Both the position numbers and the translations under genes were made by a program. Below, piece after piece: positions 10,018 to 19,098 of a DNA stretch of 64,000 bases. Each line of letters begins with the position of its first letter. Positions within the stretch are counted from its first letter, which is position 1. This DNA comes from Muribaculaceae bacterium (GTDB lineage: Bacteria; Bacteroidota; Bacteroidia; Bacteroidales; Muribaculaceae), in the NCBI GenBank assembly GCA_022509185.1, contig JAFLTS010000014.1, positions 973 to 64,972 on the forward strand. Direction: 5' to 3'. The notes under the pieces were generated by a model. It searched no databases. It had not been told where the DNA came from and was given only the letters and a program-made list of their open reading frames with translations.

Positions 10018-10959
10018 TCAAAGAGCTATTTCATAAATATCATAACAAACCGCTCTGCCTCCGAACCCTTGTTTCAGATGTATTAATGACTCGTTAAGAT
10101 ATCTTCCATCTTTTTCATTAGAGTTTCCAAAATCGAAATAAGAAGAAGAACAATTTTCCAGCAAAAACTCTATTAAAGCATCTACCGCCCCAATCTCTTT
10201 TCCTTTCCGGTTTGCATGAATATATTGTGCGTGAGCTGTCTTTTCAGTATAATACATCAATGCAACCCCTATCATTTCATTCTCAATATAAGCTCCGTAA
10301 AGTTTGATATTATTAGGGAACAATCTTGATAGAAGAGATATTTCAACAACATCATGTACAGGTTTCACTCCGTATCTCTCCATCAAATTATCATTAATAA
10401 TTTGCCATGCAGAATCAAAATCAGAAGAAGGCTTCACTTCAATATCATTATCCAATGCCTTGGTCAAAGAACGACGACGTTGCCGAGTGACTGGAATACG
10501 ATTATTCAGAAGAATTGTCGAGGATACGTTTCTGACAATTAATTTAGCATCGTTTATAAACAAAGCATAAAGATCTTCTTCAGAGGGAAGCTTGTGATAA
10601 ATATGAGGTATAGCTTTATATATCCATTTAGTAAAACCTTCTTTTACTAATCTTTCTTTCAGATCAGAGAAAACTTCTAGAATACCTTCAGCAGTACAAT
10701 CCCTATTCATTATCAATCCCCCATATGTTAAACCGGCATGAGAAGAGAAAACCTCTTCCTTTCGACAGCCCGGTAAGAGGCAATATAATTTATTCTTCCG
10801 GTAGATAAGATATGAGTTGTCTTGGAACCTATCAGAATGATAATCCATATAATCCCGATTGAAAAGAAAAGTTCCATTTTTGGAACTTTCCACAAATTCA
10901 TTCCATACCTTTTTATCTTCGGGATGGTATTTTCTTATTTCTATATCTTGTTCAGGCAT
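10018..10959 (-). CDS. GNAT/FemAB-like acyltransferase
   Basis: NGTFLF.RDYMDYHSDRF, SHAGLTYGG, YFDFG, LKQGFGG. Confidence 0.75.
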   Translation of the reverse strand: MPEQDIEIRKYHPEDKKVWNEFVESSKNGTFLFNRDYMDYHSDRFQDNSYLIYRKNKLYCLLPGCRKEEVFSSHAGLTYGGLIMNRDCTAEGILEVFSDLKERLVKEGFTKWIYKAIPHIYHKLPSEEDLYALFINDAKLIVRNVSSTILLNNRIPVTRQRRRSLTKALDNDIEVKPSSDFDSAWQIINDNLMERYGVKPVHDVVEISLLSRLFPNNIKLYGAYIENEMIGVALMYYTEKTAHAQYIHANRKGKEIGAVDALIEFLLENCSSSYFDFGNSNEKDGRYLNESLIHLKQGFGGRAVCYDIYEIAL

Positions 10960-11364
10960 TTACAGGAGATTCTTATATTTTAGGAAATCATCGTAATCCC
11001 TTATATAATCCTCTTCACGAAAAAAATCAGAAGCTAATACCAGACAAACCGCCCCTGAAGAAAAGTCATCTAAAGTTCGCCAGAACCCCGGTGGAATCAA
11101 TACACCCTTGTAAGGATGATTCAGGAAAAAAGGGTATTCATTAGCACCGTCAGTAAGATTTACATGAAAACTCCCGTTGGCAGCCACAATAAACTGAAAT
11201 AATTCCTTGTGCGCATGACCCCCTCGGTTTTCACCACCGGGCACGTCATAGAGCCAGTATACTCTTTTTATGTCAAAGGGTATATCTTTAAATTGTTCCA
11301 CCACCGAGAGATTACCCCGATGATCATATATTCTTTTGAGCTCTATAATTTCCGGTTTAGGCAT
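10960..11364 (-). CDS. fdtA: dTDP-4-keto-6-deoxyhexose 3,4-ketoisomerase (FdtA/QdtA cupin)
   Basis: DHRGNL, PFDIKRVYW, RGGHAH, DYIRDYDDF. Confidence 0.88.
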   Translation of the reverse strand: MPKPEIIELKRIYDHRGNLSVVEQFKDIPFDIKRVYWLYDVPGGENRGGHAHKELFQFIVAANGSFHVNLTDGANEYPFFLNHPYKGVLIPPGFWRTLDDFSSGAVCLVLASDFFREEDYIRDYDDFLKYKNLL

Positions 11365-11912
11365 CAGATATCTTCCTTAGTATGTCCTTTATGTTCCGGA
11401 GTGTCATACCATTTCGAATACATAAGATAGTTTCTAGCTATCTTCTCATTCATTTCTTTTGCTTTATCGGGTTCCACCATCTTAACGAATTTTGCAGGAG
11501 TACCGGCCCATAATTCGTGGGGTCCGATCTTAGTTTTAGCGAGAACCACTGACCCTGCAGCCACGAGTGCTCCTTCACCTACCTCGGCATCGTCCATAAT
11601 AATGCTTCCCATTCCCAGAAGAGCATAATCTCTTACTTTAGCCCCATGAATGATAACGTTATGTCCGATAGAGACATCATCTCCAATTTCGATAGTAGAT
11701 TTCTGATATAGAGTATGCAATACGCTTCCATCCTGAATATTCACACGGTTTCCAATCCTTATAGAATTTACATCACCCCTCAATACAGTAGAATACCATA
11801 TGCTACATTCGTCACCAATAATTACATCCCCTACAATCACAGCATTCTCCGCTATAAAGGTGTCTTTCCCTATTTCCGGTGTGAAACCTCTTACACTTCT
11901 TATAATAGCCAT
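11364..11912 (-). CDS. Gamma carbonic anhydrase family protein
   Basis: Hexapeptide repeats; LRGDVN, NIQDG.VLH, IGHNVIIHG. Confidence 0.9.
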   Translation of the reverse strand: MAIIRSVRGFTPEIGKDTFIAENAVIVGDVIIGDECSIWYSTVLRGDVNSIRIGNRVNIQDGSVLHTLYQKSTIEIGDDVSIGHNVIIHGAKVRDYALLGMGSIIMDDAEVGEGALVAAGSVVLAKTKIGPHELWAGTPAKFVKMVEPDKAKEMNEKIARNYLMYSKWYDTPEHKGHTKEDI

Positions 11913-11967
11913 TTCAAATAATTCAATAAAAGATCAAATTAATCCCCGATAAAGTTTGCTTCAAAAC

Positions 11968-13767
11968 TTATTTTGTGATAATAGGAGAAGTTTTTTCAGC
12001 CAACCAATTTTTTTCTTCCTCATTGAGAAGTGGAGAAAGACGATTATAAACTTTCTTATGGTAGTCATTAACCCATTCAATTTCCTGAGGAGTCATTATA
12101 GATAGATCCATCAAAGATTTATCATAAGGGAACATTGTGAGGGTTTTAAATTGGAAGAAGGGACCAAAATCTGTTGTTTTCCATTTTTCCACAGCTATAA
12201 GATTTTCAGTCCTTATTCCATATTTATCTTCGATATATAGCCCGGGTTCATTACTTGTAACCATTCCGGGTTCCAGGCGAGCCGGATTTTCGTTCAGGCG
12301 AATATTTTGAGGACCTTCATGGCAATTAATAAAGAAGCCAACGCCATGTCCAGTACCATGATAATAGGCTTTACCATCAGCCCAAAGGAACTGGCGAGCT
12401 AAAACATCCAACTGAGCACCTCTGGTCCCCTCAGGGAATCTGGCACAGGCCAATGCAATATGACCTTTCAAAACCAAAGTGAAATCTCTTTTCATATCGT
12501 CTGAAGGATTTCCTATGGCGATTGTTCGAGTGATATCGGTTGTACCAAAAGTGTATTGACCACCACTATCAACGAGCAAAAGACCATCACCTTCAATAGT
12601 AAAATCAGTTTCTTCAGATGCTTCATAATGCACTATAGCACCGTGAGCATTCCAACCGATAATAGGATGGAAGCTTTCATCAACGCATGATGGATCAGCC
12701 AGCCTGAGATCTCTGAGAAGATTTCCAAGACCAACTTCCGTTAGTTTACCAGTGTGAGCGTTTTCTTCAATATACATGAAAAATTTTACAAGTGCCACCC
12801 CGTCTTTATCCATTGCGATATCGATATTCTGAAGCATTACAGGATTTTTTATACTCTTGAGTCGAGCAACTCCCGCACCTCCGAATACGGGAGTACATCC
12901 AATTTTATCATAAACACCTCTTGCTGTTTTTTCAGGATCAATAAGAAGTCTGTTAACTTTTGGAAGGTTAGCGACAAAATTCAAAACTTCATCATAAGGC
13001 TTAATCTCGATATTATATTTTTCGAGATGCTTTTTTACTTCATCAGTAATCTTTTCCTCGTCTATAAAAAGAATTCTCCTTGCGTCATCAACATACAAAT
13101 ATGAAACGAAAATAGGAGAATATGCTATATCATTCGCTGTTCTTAAATTTGTTGCCCAAGCAATATCATCAAGAGAAGATAGAAGAATTGAATTAGCCAA
13201 CTCAGCTTTTACTTGAGTCATGATATCATCCATTTTCGAATCGACATCCTGCCCCACAACTTTTTCATCGTGAACGAAAAGTTTATTTTTAGGTCTTTCG
13301 GGACGATCGGGATAAATATAATCGAACTGAGGGAAATCAGCGTTAAATTTTATATCATTATCATTACAAGCCTGTTGAATTCTCTGGGCATAAGCTACGG
13401 AAAAAGTCATGCCATCAATACCTACCGTTTTCCCTTCATCGACATGTTCCACGAGCCAGTCAATTAGATCAACCGCATCCGGCCCATCCTCTTTCATCAT
13501 AGAGAAACCTGTTCCTTTAAGTTGTTGTTCAGCCTGAATGAAATATCGTGAATCAGTCCAACATAAAGCGTCTTTATCTGTAACTACAGCAGTTCCATTT
13601 GTTCCATTTACACTGGCGAATCCGGTGAGCCATTCTCTACCCCTCCAATGCATTGGAGGGAGTTCACTCTGGTGAGGGTCAGTACCGGAAATAACAACTG
13701 CATCAATATTATGGTCTTTCATAGCCTTGCGTAAAGAGGCAAGATATTTGACATTTACTTTTTCCAT
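11968..13767 (-). CDS. Aminopeptidase P (M24B) family
   Basis: DPHQSE, DSRYF, DSGGQY..GTTDITRT, HGTGHGVG, HEGP, SNEPG. Confidence 0.92.
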   Translation of the reverse strand: MEKVNVKYLASLRKAMKDHNIDAVVISGTDPHQSELPPMHWRGREWLTGFASVNGTNGTAVVTDKDALCWTDSRYFIQAEQQLKGTGFSMMKEDGPDAVDLIDWLVEHVDEGKTVGIDGMTFSVAYAQRIQQACNDNDIKFNADFPQFDYIYPDRPERPKNKLFVHDEKVVGQDVDSKMDDIMTQVKAELANSILLSSLDDIAWATNLRTANDIAYSPIFVSYLYVDDARRILFIDEEKITDEVKKHLEKYNIEIKPYDEVLNFVANLPKVNRLLIDPEKTARGVYDKIGCTPVFGGAGVARLKSIKNPVMLQNIDIAMDKDGVALVKFFMYIEENAHTGKLTEVGLGNLLRDLRLADPSCVDESFHPIIGWNAHGAIVHYEASEETDFTIEGDGLLLVDSGGQYTFGTTDITRTIAIGNPSDDMKRDFTLVLKGHIALACARFPEGTRGAQLDVLARQFLWADGKAYYHGTGHGVGFFINCHEGPQNIRLNENPARLEPGMVTSNEPGLYIEDKYGIRTENLIAVEKWKTTDFGPFFQFKTLTMFPYDKSLMDLSIMTPQEIEWVNDYHKKVYNRLSPLLNEEEKNWLAEKTSPIITK

Positions 13768-13989
13768 TTTGAATTTATTTTGCGTAAAATTAATAAATAT
13801 TGTGTAAGGAAAATTGAATAGGGGATATTTTTATAAAAAATTAATGATGAAGTGTTAATGAAAATCAAAAACAAGTTTAGTTATTAAACGAAACTAATTG
13901 TATTAAGTCATATGATTGAGTCGAGCAATAGCGAGACAAGTTCTGCAGAAAAAAAACAAGAAGTAAAACTAAATAGACATAATTTAAAA

Positions 13990-14571
13990 ATGAAGAAAAC
14001 AATTTTGAGTATGATGTTGGCTATCGCCCTTTGCGGAGGAGTAGCCGTGGCCCAAACACCAGATGCAAACACCGGCGCAACGAAACAGAATCAGGAATGT
14101 TGCCAAGATTCAAATTCCGGAAAGACAAAACAAAAAGACGGTAAACATAAAAAAGACGGCAAAGGAAACAAATTCAATAAAGAGGGAAGAGGTTTCAATC
14201 CTTTCGATGGTATTCAGCTGACTAATGATCAGCAACAACGTCTTCAAGTGCTTCAACAAGGCTTAGGTCCTGTAAGACTTGACAAAGCCCAACAAGAAAG
14301 GATTCCGGAGAATCCTAATCTAACACCGGAACAAAAAAAACAGCTTAAATCAGAAAAGAAAGCACAGAAACAAGCTGCAAAGAAAAAATATCTTAATGGT
14401 GTAAAAGAAGTTTTAACACCGGAACAATATGTGATCTTCTTGGAAAACTGCTATCTATTTACACCCGAAAACCAAGGAACGCCGGGAATGAAACATAATA
14501 AGAAAGATGGATTCCAAGGTAAAAAGGATAGAGGAGAGAGAAAGCAAGCTCCCGGAGTGACAAAGGAATAA
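13990..14571 (+). CDS. Secreted Spy/CpxP-like LTxxQ-motif protein
   Basis: Signal peptide from ATG 13990 (MKKTILSMMLAIALCGGVAVA); LTNDQ, LTPEQ and LTPEQ motifs; Lys/Gln rich. Confidence 0.6.
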   Translation: MKKTILSMMLAIALCGGVAVAQTPDANTGATKQNQECCQDSNSGKTKQKDGKHKKDGKGNKFNKEGRGFNPFDGIQLTNDQQQRLQVLQQGLGPVRLDKAQQERIPENPNLTPEQKKQLKSEKKAQKQAAKKKYLNGVKEVLTPEQYVIFLENCYLFTPENQGTPGMKHNKKDGFQGKKDRGERKQAPGVTKE

Positions 14572-14589
14572 ACAGAAGTTAAGAAATAG

Positions 14590-14621
14590 AAAGAGTCGGC
14601 TAATTTCAAGCTGACTCTTTT
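14590..14621 (+). terminator. Intrinsic terminator
   Basis: AAAGAGTCGGCT/AGCTGACTCTTT stem plus T run. Confidence 0.75.
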
Positions 14622-14644
14622 GTTATTATAAATTATGAAAGAGT

Positions 14645-14672
14645 GTAAACCATAATATCTATTTTTTTGTTA
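14645..14672 (+). promoter_or_regulatory. Putative alternative-sigma promoter GTAAAC-N16-TTGTTA upstream of frc
   Basis: Identical to the ahpC and tpx upstream motif. Confidence 0.65.
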
Positions 14673-14729
14673 TCAAAGTGTAAGTCAATAAATAAGAAAG
14701 AAATATTTAACAATAAAAACTAAGATATT

Positions 14730-16037
14730 ATGGAAACAGCACCTTTAAAAGGAATTAAGGTAGTAGATTTTACTGAAGTACAATCAGGACCTTCCTGTAC
14801 CCAGATGTTGGCATGGCTTGGAGCCGATGTAATTAAAATAGAACGCCCCGGAGTTGGGGATGCCACCCGAAAGGAACTTCAGTTTAATCCAAATCTCCCA
14901 AGTTATTATTACCTGCAACTTAATTCAGATAAAAAGTCACTGACACTTGACGCGAAGACACCTGATGGTAAAGAAATTCTTACCAAGCTTATTAAGGAAG
15001 CAGATATGTTTGTAGAAAACCTGCATCCCGGGGCAATGGATAAATTAGGCTTCAGCTGGGAGGTGGTACATAAACTAAATCCAAGGTGTATCTACGGAAC
15101 CATCAAGGGTTTCCCTGAATCTTCACAATACAAGAATCTGAAGGCATATGAACCTATAGCACAGGTGACAGGTGGCGCAGCATCAACCACAGGATGGTAT
15201 GAAGGAGAATATAACATCCCGACACAGTCCGGTGCAGCTTTAGGCGATTCCAATACGGGAATGCACCTACTGATAGGTTTGCTTGCAGCTCTTCAGCAAA
15301 GAAACCAAACTGGTGAAGGTTGCTATGTATACCAGTCAATGCACAATGCATGTCTTAATCTCTGTCGTATAAAGACCCGTGATCAGCTCACCCTCGATAA
15401 GATCGGTTATCTTACACAATTCCCGCAGTATCCAAACGGTAAATTTGGTGACTGTGTTCCTCGTTCCGGAAATACAGAAGGTGGAGGCGTTCTCGGATGG
15501 ACTTACAAATGTAAGCCGGCAGGAGGTTATGATACAGAAGTTGATGCCAACAATTATGTTTACGTCATACTTCAAAGAGGTGAAAAAGATTTCGAATTGG
15601 CGTGCAAGGCTCTAGGATTTGAAGACTGGTTGACTAATCCGGATTTCAATACAGCAGATGCACGTGACAAACACAAACAGGAAATCTGGAAACGTATCGG
15701 AGAATGGACAGCAGATAAGACAAAATTCGAGGTTACCGAAATACTTGGCAAAGCCGGAGTGCCGGTGGCTCCGGTTCTTTCAACAAAAGAGATCCTTACC
15801 GATGAATCTCTTTATGATGGCAATACGCTTGTAAAGATCGATCAAGGTGGTGAAATCGGAGAATTTGTTACCGTTGGATGTCCTTTCACAATGTCAAGTT
15901 ATCAACCGACTTATGGTCCTGCTCCATCACTAGGAGGCAATAATGAAGAAGTATTAACTTCTTTAGGATATACTCCTGAACAAATAGCAGAATTTGCAAA
16001 GAACGGTACTACAGAACCTTTGGAAGAGAAAAAATAA
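14730..16037 (+). CDS. frc: Formyl-CoA:oxalate CoA-transferase
   Basis: Class III CoA transferase; VQSGPSCTQMLAWLGADVIKIE, GAALGDSNTGMH (catalytic Asp); adjacent to oxc. Confidence 0.93.
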   Translation: METAPLKGIKVVDFTEVQSGPSCTQMLAWLGADVIKIERPGVGDATRKELQFNPNLPSYYYLQLNSDKKSLTLDAKTPDGKEILTKLIKEADMFVENLHPGAMDKLGFSWEVVHKLNPRCIYGTIKGFPESSQYKNLKAYEPIAQVTGGAASTTGWYEGEYNIPTQSGAALGDSNTGMHLLIGLLAALQQRNQTGEGCYVYQSMHNACLNLCRIKTRDQLTLDKIGYLTQFPQYPNGKFGDCVPRSGNTEGGGVLGWTYKCKPAGGYDTEVDANNYVYVILQRGEKDFELACKALGFEDWLTNPDFNTADARDKHKQEIWKRIGEWTADKTKFEVTEILGKAGVPVAPVLSTKEILTDESLYDGNTLVKIDQGGEIGEFVTVGCPFTMSSYQPTYGPAPSLGGNNEEVLTSLGYTPEQIAEFAKNGTTEPLEEKK

Positions 16038-16052
16038 TAACAAATAATAATA

Positions 16053-16078
16053 GGAGCAAGGAATAAAAACCTTGCTCC
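16053..16078 (+). promoter_or_regulatory. Intergenic stem-loop between frc and oxc (no U tract)
   Basis: GGAGCAAGG-N8-CCTTGCTCC perfect 9-bp stem. Confidence 0.55.
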
Positions 16079-16117
16079 ATTAATACATAGCAATCCTCAT
16101 TAGAAAGAATAATCGTT

Positions 16118-17875
16118 ATGGCAACAATTGAAAAAAAATATAATTTATCCTCAAGCGCAGATCCCAAGTTCCCGGAACAAGTTACGGGAATGTATATCAT
16201 GGCTCAGACTTTAAAGAGGTTAGGTCTTGATACAGTTTATGGTTTGGTAGGAATACCGGTAACGGAAGCTGCTTATGCTTTGCAGTATGTAGGAGCAAAA
16301 TTTGTAAGTTTCCGTTTTGAGCAACAGGCAGGAATGGCCGCTGCCACCCATGGTTTTCTTACCAAACAACCGGGAGTGCTTCTGACAGTTTCTTCATTGG
16401 GCTTCTTGAATGGCTTGACCGCGACAGCAAATGCTACAGTAAACTGTTATCCCATGATACAGATTTCCGGTGCTTCAAATCCGGAGATGGTAGATATGAA
16501 TGTGGGTATGTATGAACAATTAGATCAATTCAACACCGCAAAACCTCTTGTAAAAGCAGTGTTCCGTTGTAGCCATGCAGTGGATATACCTTCAGCCCTT
16601 GCAAGGGCTTATCGAGCAGCAGTAAGCGGACGTCCCGGAGGAGTATACGTAGATATGTCGGAGGTGGCATTGGCCGAGGTTATAGATGCCTCAGAGGCCG
16701 AAAAACTTTTCTATACACCAATGGATATTTATTCACCCGTATCACCGAATCAAGATTCTGTAAAGAAAGCTGTAGAGATTTTAACGGCTGCGAAACGTCC
16801 GGCTATCCTAATAGGAAAAGGTTCAGCTTACGCTCAGGTAGAGGATAAGATTAAAAAACTGGTAGAAACTTACAAACTACCGTATCTGCCAATGTCTATG
16901 GCGAAAGGAGTATTACCTGATAACGGAGAATTATCCGCCATTTCCTGCCGTTCCGATATAATGGAAAAAGCAGATGTGGTAATGATTTTAGGAGCTCGAC
17001 TTAATTGGATGTTATCCTTCGGGAAAGGCAAATGGAATCCTGAAATGAAGTTTATCCAAGTAGATGTAGATCCTGAAGAAATTGATGTTAATGTACCCAT
17101 AGCAGCTCCTGTAGTCGGTGATTTAGGACTGTCTCTTGATGCAATTTTGTCTGAAATGGAGGGAAAGACGATGTCGACCGATCCTCAATGGCTGACAGAT
17201 TTAGCTTCAGAAAGCAAAGCCAAGAATGCAAAATTTGCCGAAAGACTGACCACAGCCGCCACCTTGTCACCAATGAACCACTGGAGTGCTTTAAGTGCCG
17301 TGAAACCAGTTCTTGAAGCACATCCGGAAGTGATATTGGTTAATGAAGGAGCCAATACTCTTGATGATACCCGAGATGCAGTGGATATGTCTGTACCTCG
17401 TCATAGGATAGACTGTGCCACATGGGCCATTATGGGAATGGGAATAGGATCAGCTATAGGAGCCGCGGTATCCACAGGCAAGAAAGTTGTAGCAATTGAA
17501 GGTGATTCCGCTTTCGGCTTCTCAGGAATGGATTTCTCTACAATTACCCGTTACCAACTTCCTGTGACTGTAGTTATTTTCAATAATGGAGGTATCTACA
17601 ATCATATAGGAGTTAATCCGAGTACAAATCCTGAGACAGAAAAGGACCCCGCACCTACCACACTTGATTTTGACAGATATGATCTTATGGGAGAAGTCTT
17701 TAAATGCGATCATGCTTATGTAACTACCCCTGAAGAATTGAAAACGGCCCTTGAAGCTGCCATAGCATCAGGAAAACCAAATATCATCAATGTGGAACTT
17801 GCCCCTGATGCAGGAAAAGAGAGCGGTCATATAGGATATTTGAATCCAACACCCCTCATAGACTATACAGTATAA
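16118..17875 (+). CDS. oxc: Oxalyl-CoA decarboxylase
   Basis: GLVGIPVT, FRFEQQAG, VNEGANTLD, EGDSAFGFSGM (ThDP motif), GKESGHIGYLNP. Confidence 0.95.
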   Translation: MATIEKKYNLSSSADPKFPEQVTGMYIMAQTLKRLGLDTVYGLVGIPVTEAAYALQYVGAKFVSFRFEQQAGMAAATHGFLTKQPGVLLTVSSLGFLNGLTATANATVNCYPMIQISGASNPEMVDMNVGMYEQLDQFNTAKPLVKAVFRCSHAVDIPSALARAYRAAVSGRPGGVYVDMSEVALAEVIDASEAEKLFYTPMDIYSPVSPNQDSVKKAVEILTAAKRPAILIGKGSAYAQVEDKIKKLVETYKLPYLPMSMAKGVLPDNGELSAISCRSDIMEKADVVMILGARLNWMLSFGKGKWNPEMKFIQVDVDPEEIDVNVPIAAPVVGDLGLSLDAILSEMEGKTMSTDPQWLTDLASESKAKNAKFAERLTTAATLSPMNHWSALSAVKPVLEAHPEVILVNEGANTLDDTRDAVDMSVPRHRIDCATWAIMGMGIGSAIGAAVSTGKKVVAIEGDSAFGFSGMDFSTITRYQLPVTVVIFNNGGIYNHIGVNPSTNPETEKDPAPTTLDFDRYDLMGEVFKCDHAYVTTPEELKTALEAAIASGKPNIINVELAPDAGKESGHIGYLNPTPLIDYTV

Positions 17876-17895
17876 ACTTTTAATTATCAATAAAG

Positions 17896-17934
17896 AAAAA
17901 ACCGTGATTAAATGTGAAATCACGGTTTTTTTTT
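17896..17934 (+). terminator. Intrinsic terminator after oxc
   Basis: AAAAAACCGTGATT/AATCACGGTTTTTTTTT. Confidence 0.85.
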
Positions 17935-17935
17935 A

Positions 17936-17943
17936 TAAATTTG
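17936..17943 (+). promoter_or_regulatory. Housekeeping -7 element TAAATTTG for the AEC transporter
   Basis: Matches TAnnTTTG immediately after the oxc terminator. Confidence 0.5.
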
Positions 17944-18001
17944 TCACTTGTTAAGAAAATTTTTAAAACGAGAAGAATTAAAAATCCAAACACCTTAACT
18001 T

Positions 18002-19018
18002 ATGGATATCGGTCACGTAATTGTGTATGCTATTATCCCGATTTTAGTCGTGATGTTAGCGGGTTATCTGTCGGGTAAGAAAGGAGCCTTCAACGGAGAA
18101 GACTCAAAGAAGTTCAACAAGGTAGTGCTTGTTTACGCTTTGCCGGCAGCTTTGTTTGTGTCGATTGCAAAATCCAATCGACACATGCTTGTAGAGGACA
18201 TAAAACTGTCGATAGTTTCCGTGGTGGGAATTATGGCATGTTTTATGGCTGTGTTCTTTATATTTTTAGCATTCAGGAAGAATAAACCGAATCCTGAATC
18301 ATGCGCAGCAGTGAGTGCCTTAATCAGTGGATCACCGACAATCGGGTTCCTTGGCTTTGCGGTGCTTGAGCCAATTTTTGATGCAACCGTTGGTCTTACT
18401 AAAGTAGCCTTGGTTGTAGCCATCATCGGAATCGTAGTAAACGCCATAGGTATTCCTGTGGGTCTTTCTTTGTTGAATTCGGGTATTGCGAAATCAGATC
18501 CGGCTCATAAAGGCCAAGCCTGGTGGCGTCCAGTGGTTCATGCATTGGCTCAACCGGTGGCATGGGCTCCGATTTTGGCCACAATATGGGTTATAATTGG
18601 AATTCCTTGGCCTGATTGGGCGAGTCCATCTTTCGACCTTATCAAGGGAGCAAATGCTTCTATGGCAGTATTCTCTGCAGGTATAACCTTATCATCCCTT
18701 AAGATCACAATTAACTGGCAAGCTATTCTGGGCTCTATCCTGAAGATGATAATGATGCCAGCAGTAATTCTGATTCTGTGTCTGCTCTTCAAGATGGATT
18801 ACTATAATATCCTTATGACAGTTGTGGCTTGTGCATTGCCACCGGCTTTCTCGGGCATTATAATCGCCGACGAGTATGGTGTGTACACAGCTATAGGAAC
18901 GAGCTCGTTGACTCTTTCAGTAATTCTGTTTATGGGATTCTGTCCGTTATGGATAATTATTTCCAGGGTATGTATGGAAGCCCACCTCTTCGGATGGCAC
19001 GGAGTTATTCCAATGTAA
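18002..19018 (+). CDS. AEC (auxin efflux carrier) family transporter, YfdV-like; candidate oxalate/formate carrier
   Basis: About 10 TM helices; YALPAALFVSI, GSPTIGFLGFAVLEP, ALPPAFSG; follows oxc. Confidence 0.8.
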   Translation: MDIGHVIVYAIIPILVVMLAGYLSGKKGAFNGEDSKKFNKVVLVYALPAALFVSIAKSNRHMLVEDIKLSIVSVVGIMACFMAVFFIFLAFRKNKPNPESCAAVSALISGSPTIGFLGFAVLEPIFDATVGLTKVALVVAIIGIVVNAIGIPVGLSLLNSGIAKSDPAHKGQAWWRPVVHALAQPVAWAPILATIWVIIGIPWPDWASPSFDLIKGANASMAVFSAGITLSSLKITINWQAILGSILKMIMMPAVILILCLLFKMDYYNILMTVVACALPPAFSGIIIADEYGVYTAIGTSSLTLSVILFMGFCPLWIIISRVCMEAHLFGWHGVIPM

Positions 19019-19047
19019 TAATTTGGTAGATAAAACCTCGTTATACT

Positions 19048-19075
19048 AGAGGGTGTGTCATAAGACGCACCCTCT
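19048..19075. terminator. Hairpin after the AEC transporter
   Basis: AGAGGGTGTGTC/GACGCACCCTCT stem; weak U tract. Confidence 0.5.
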
Positions 19076-19098
19076 GATTATGAACAAAAGATATCTTT

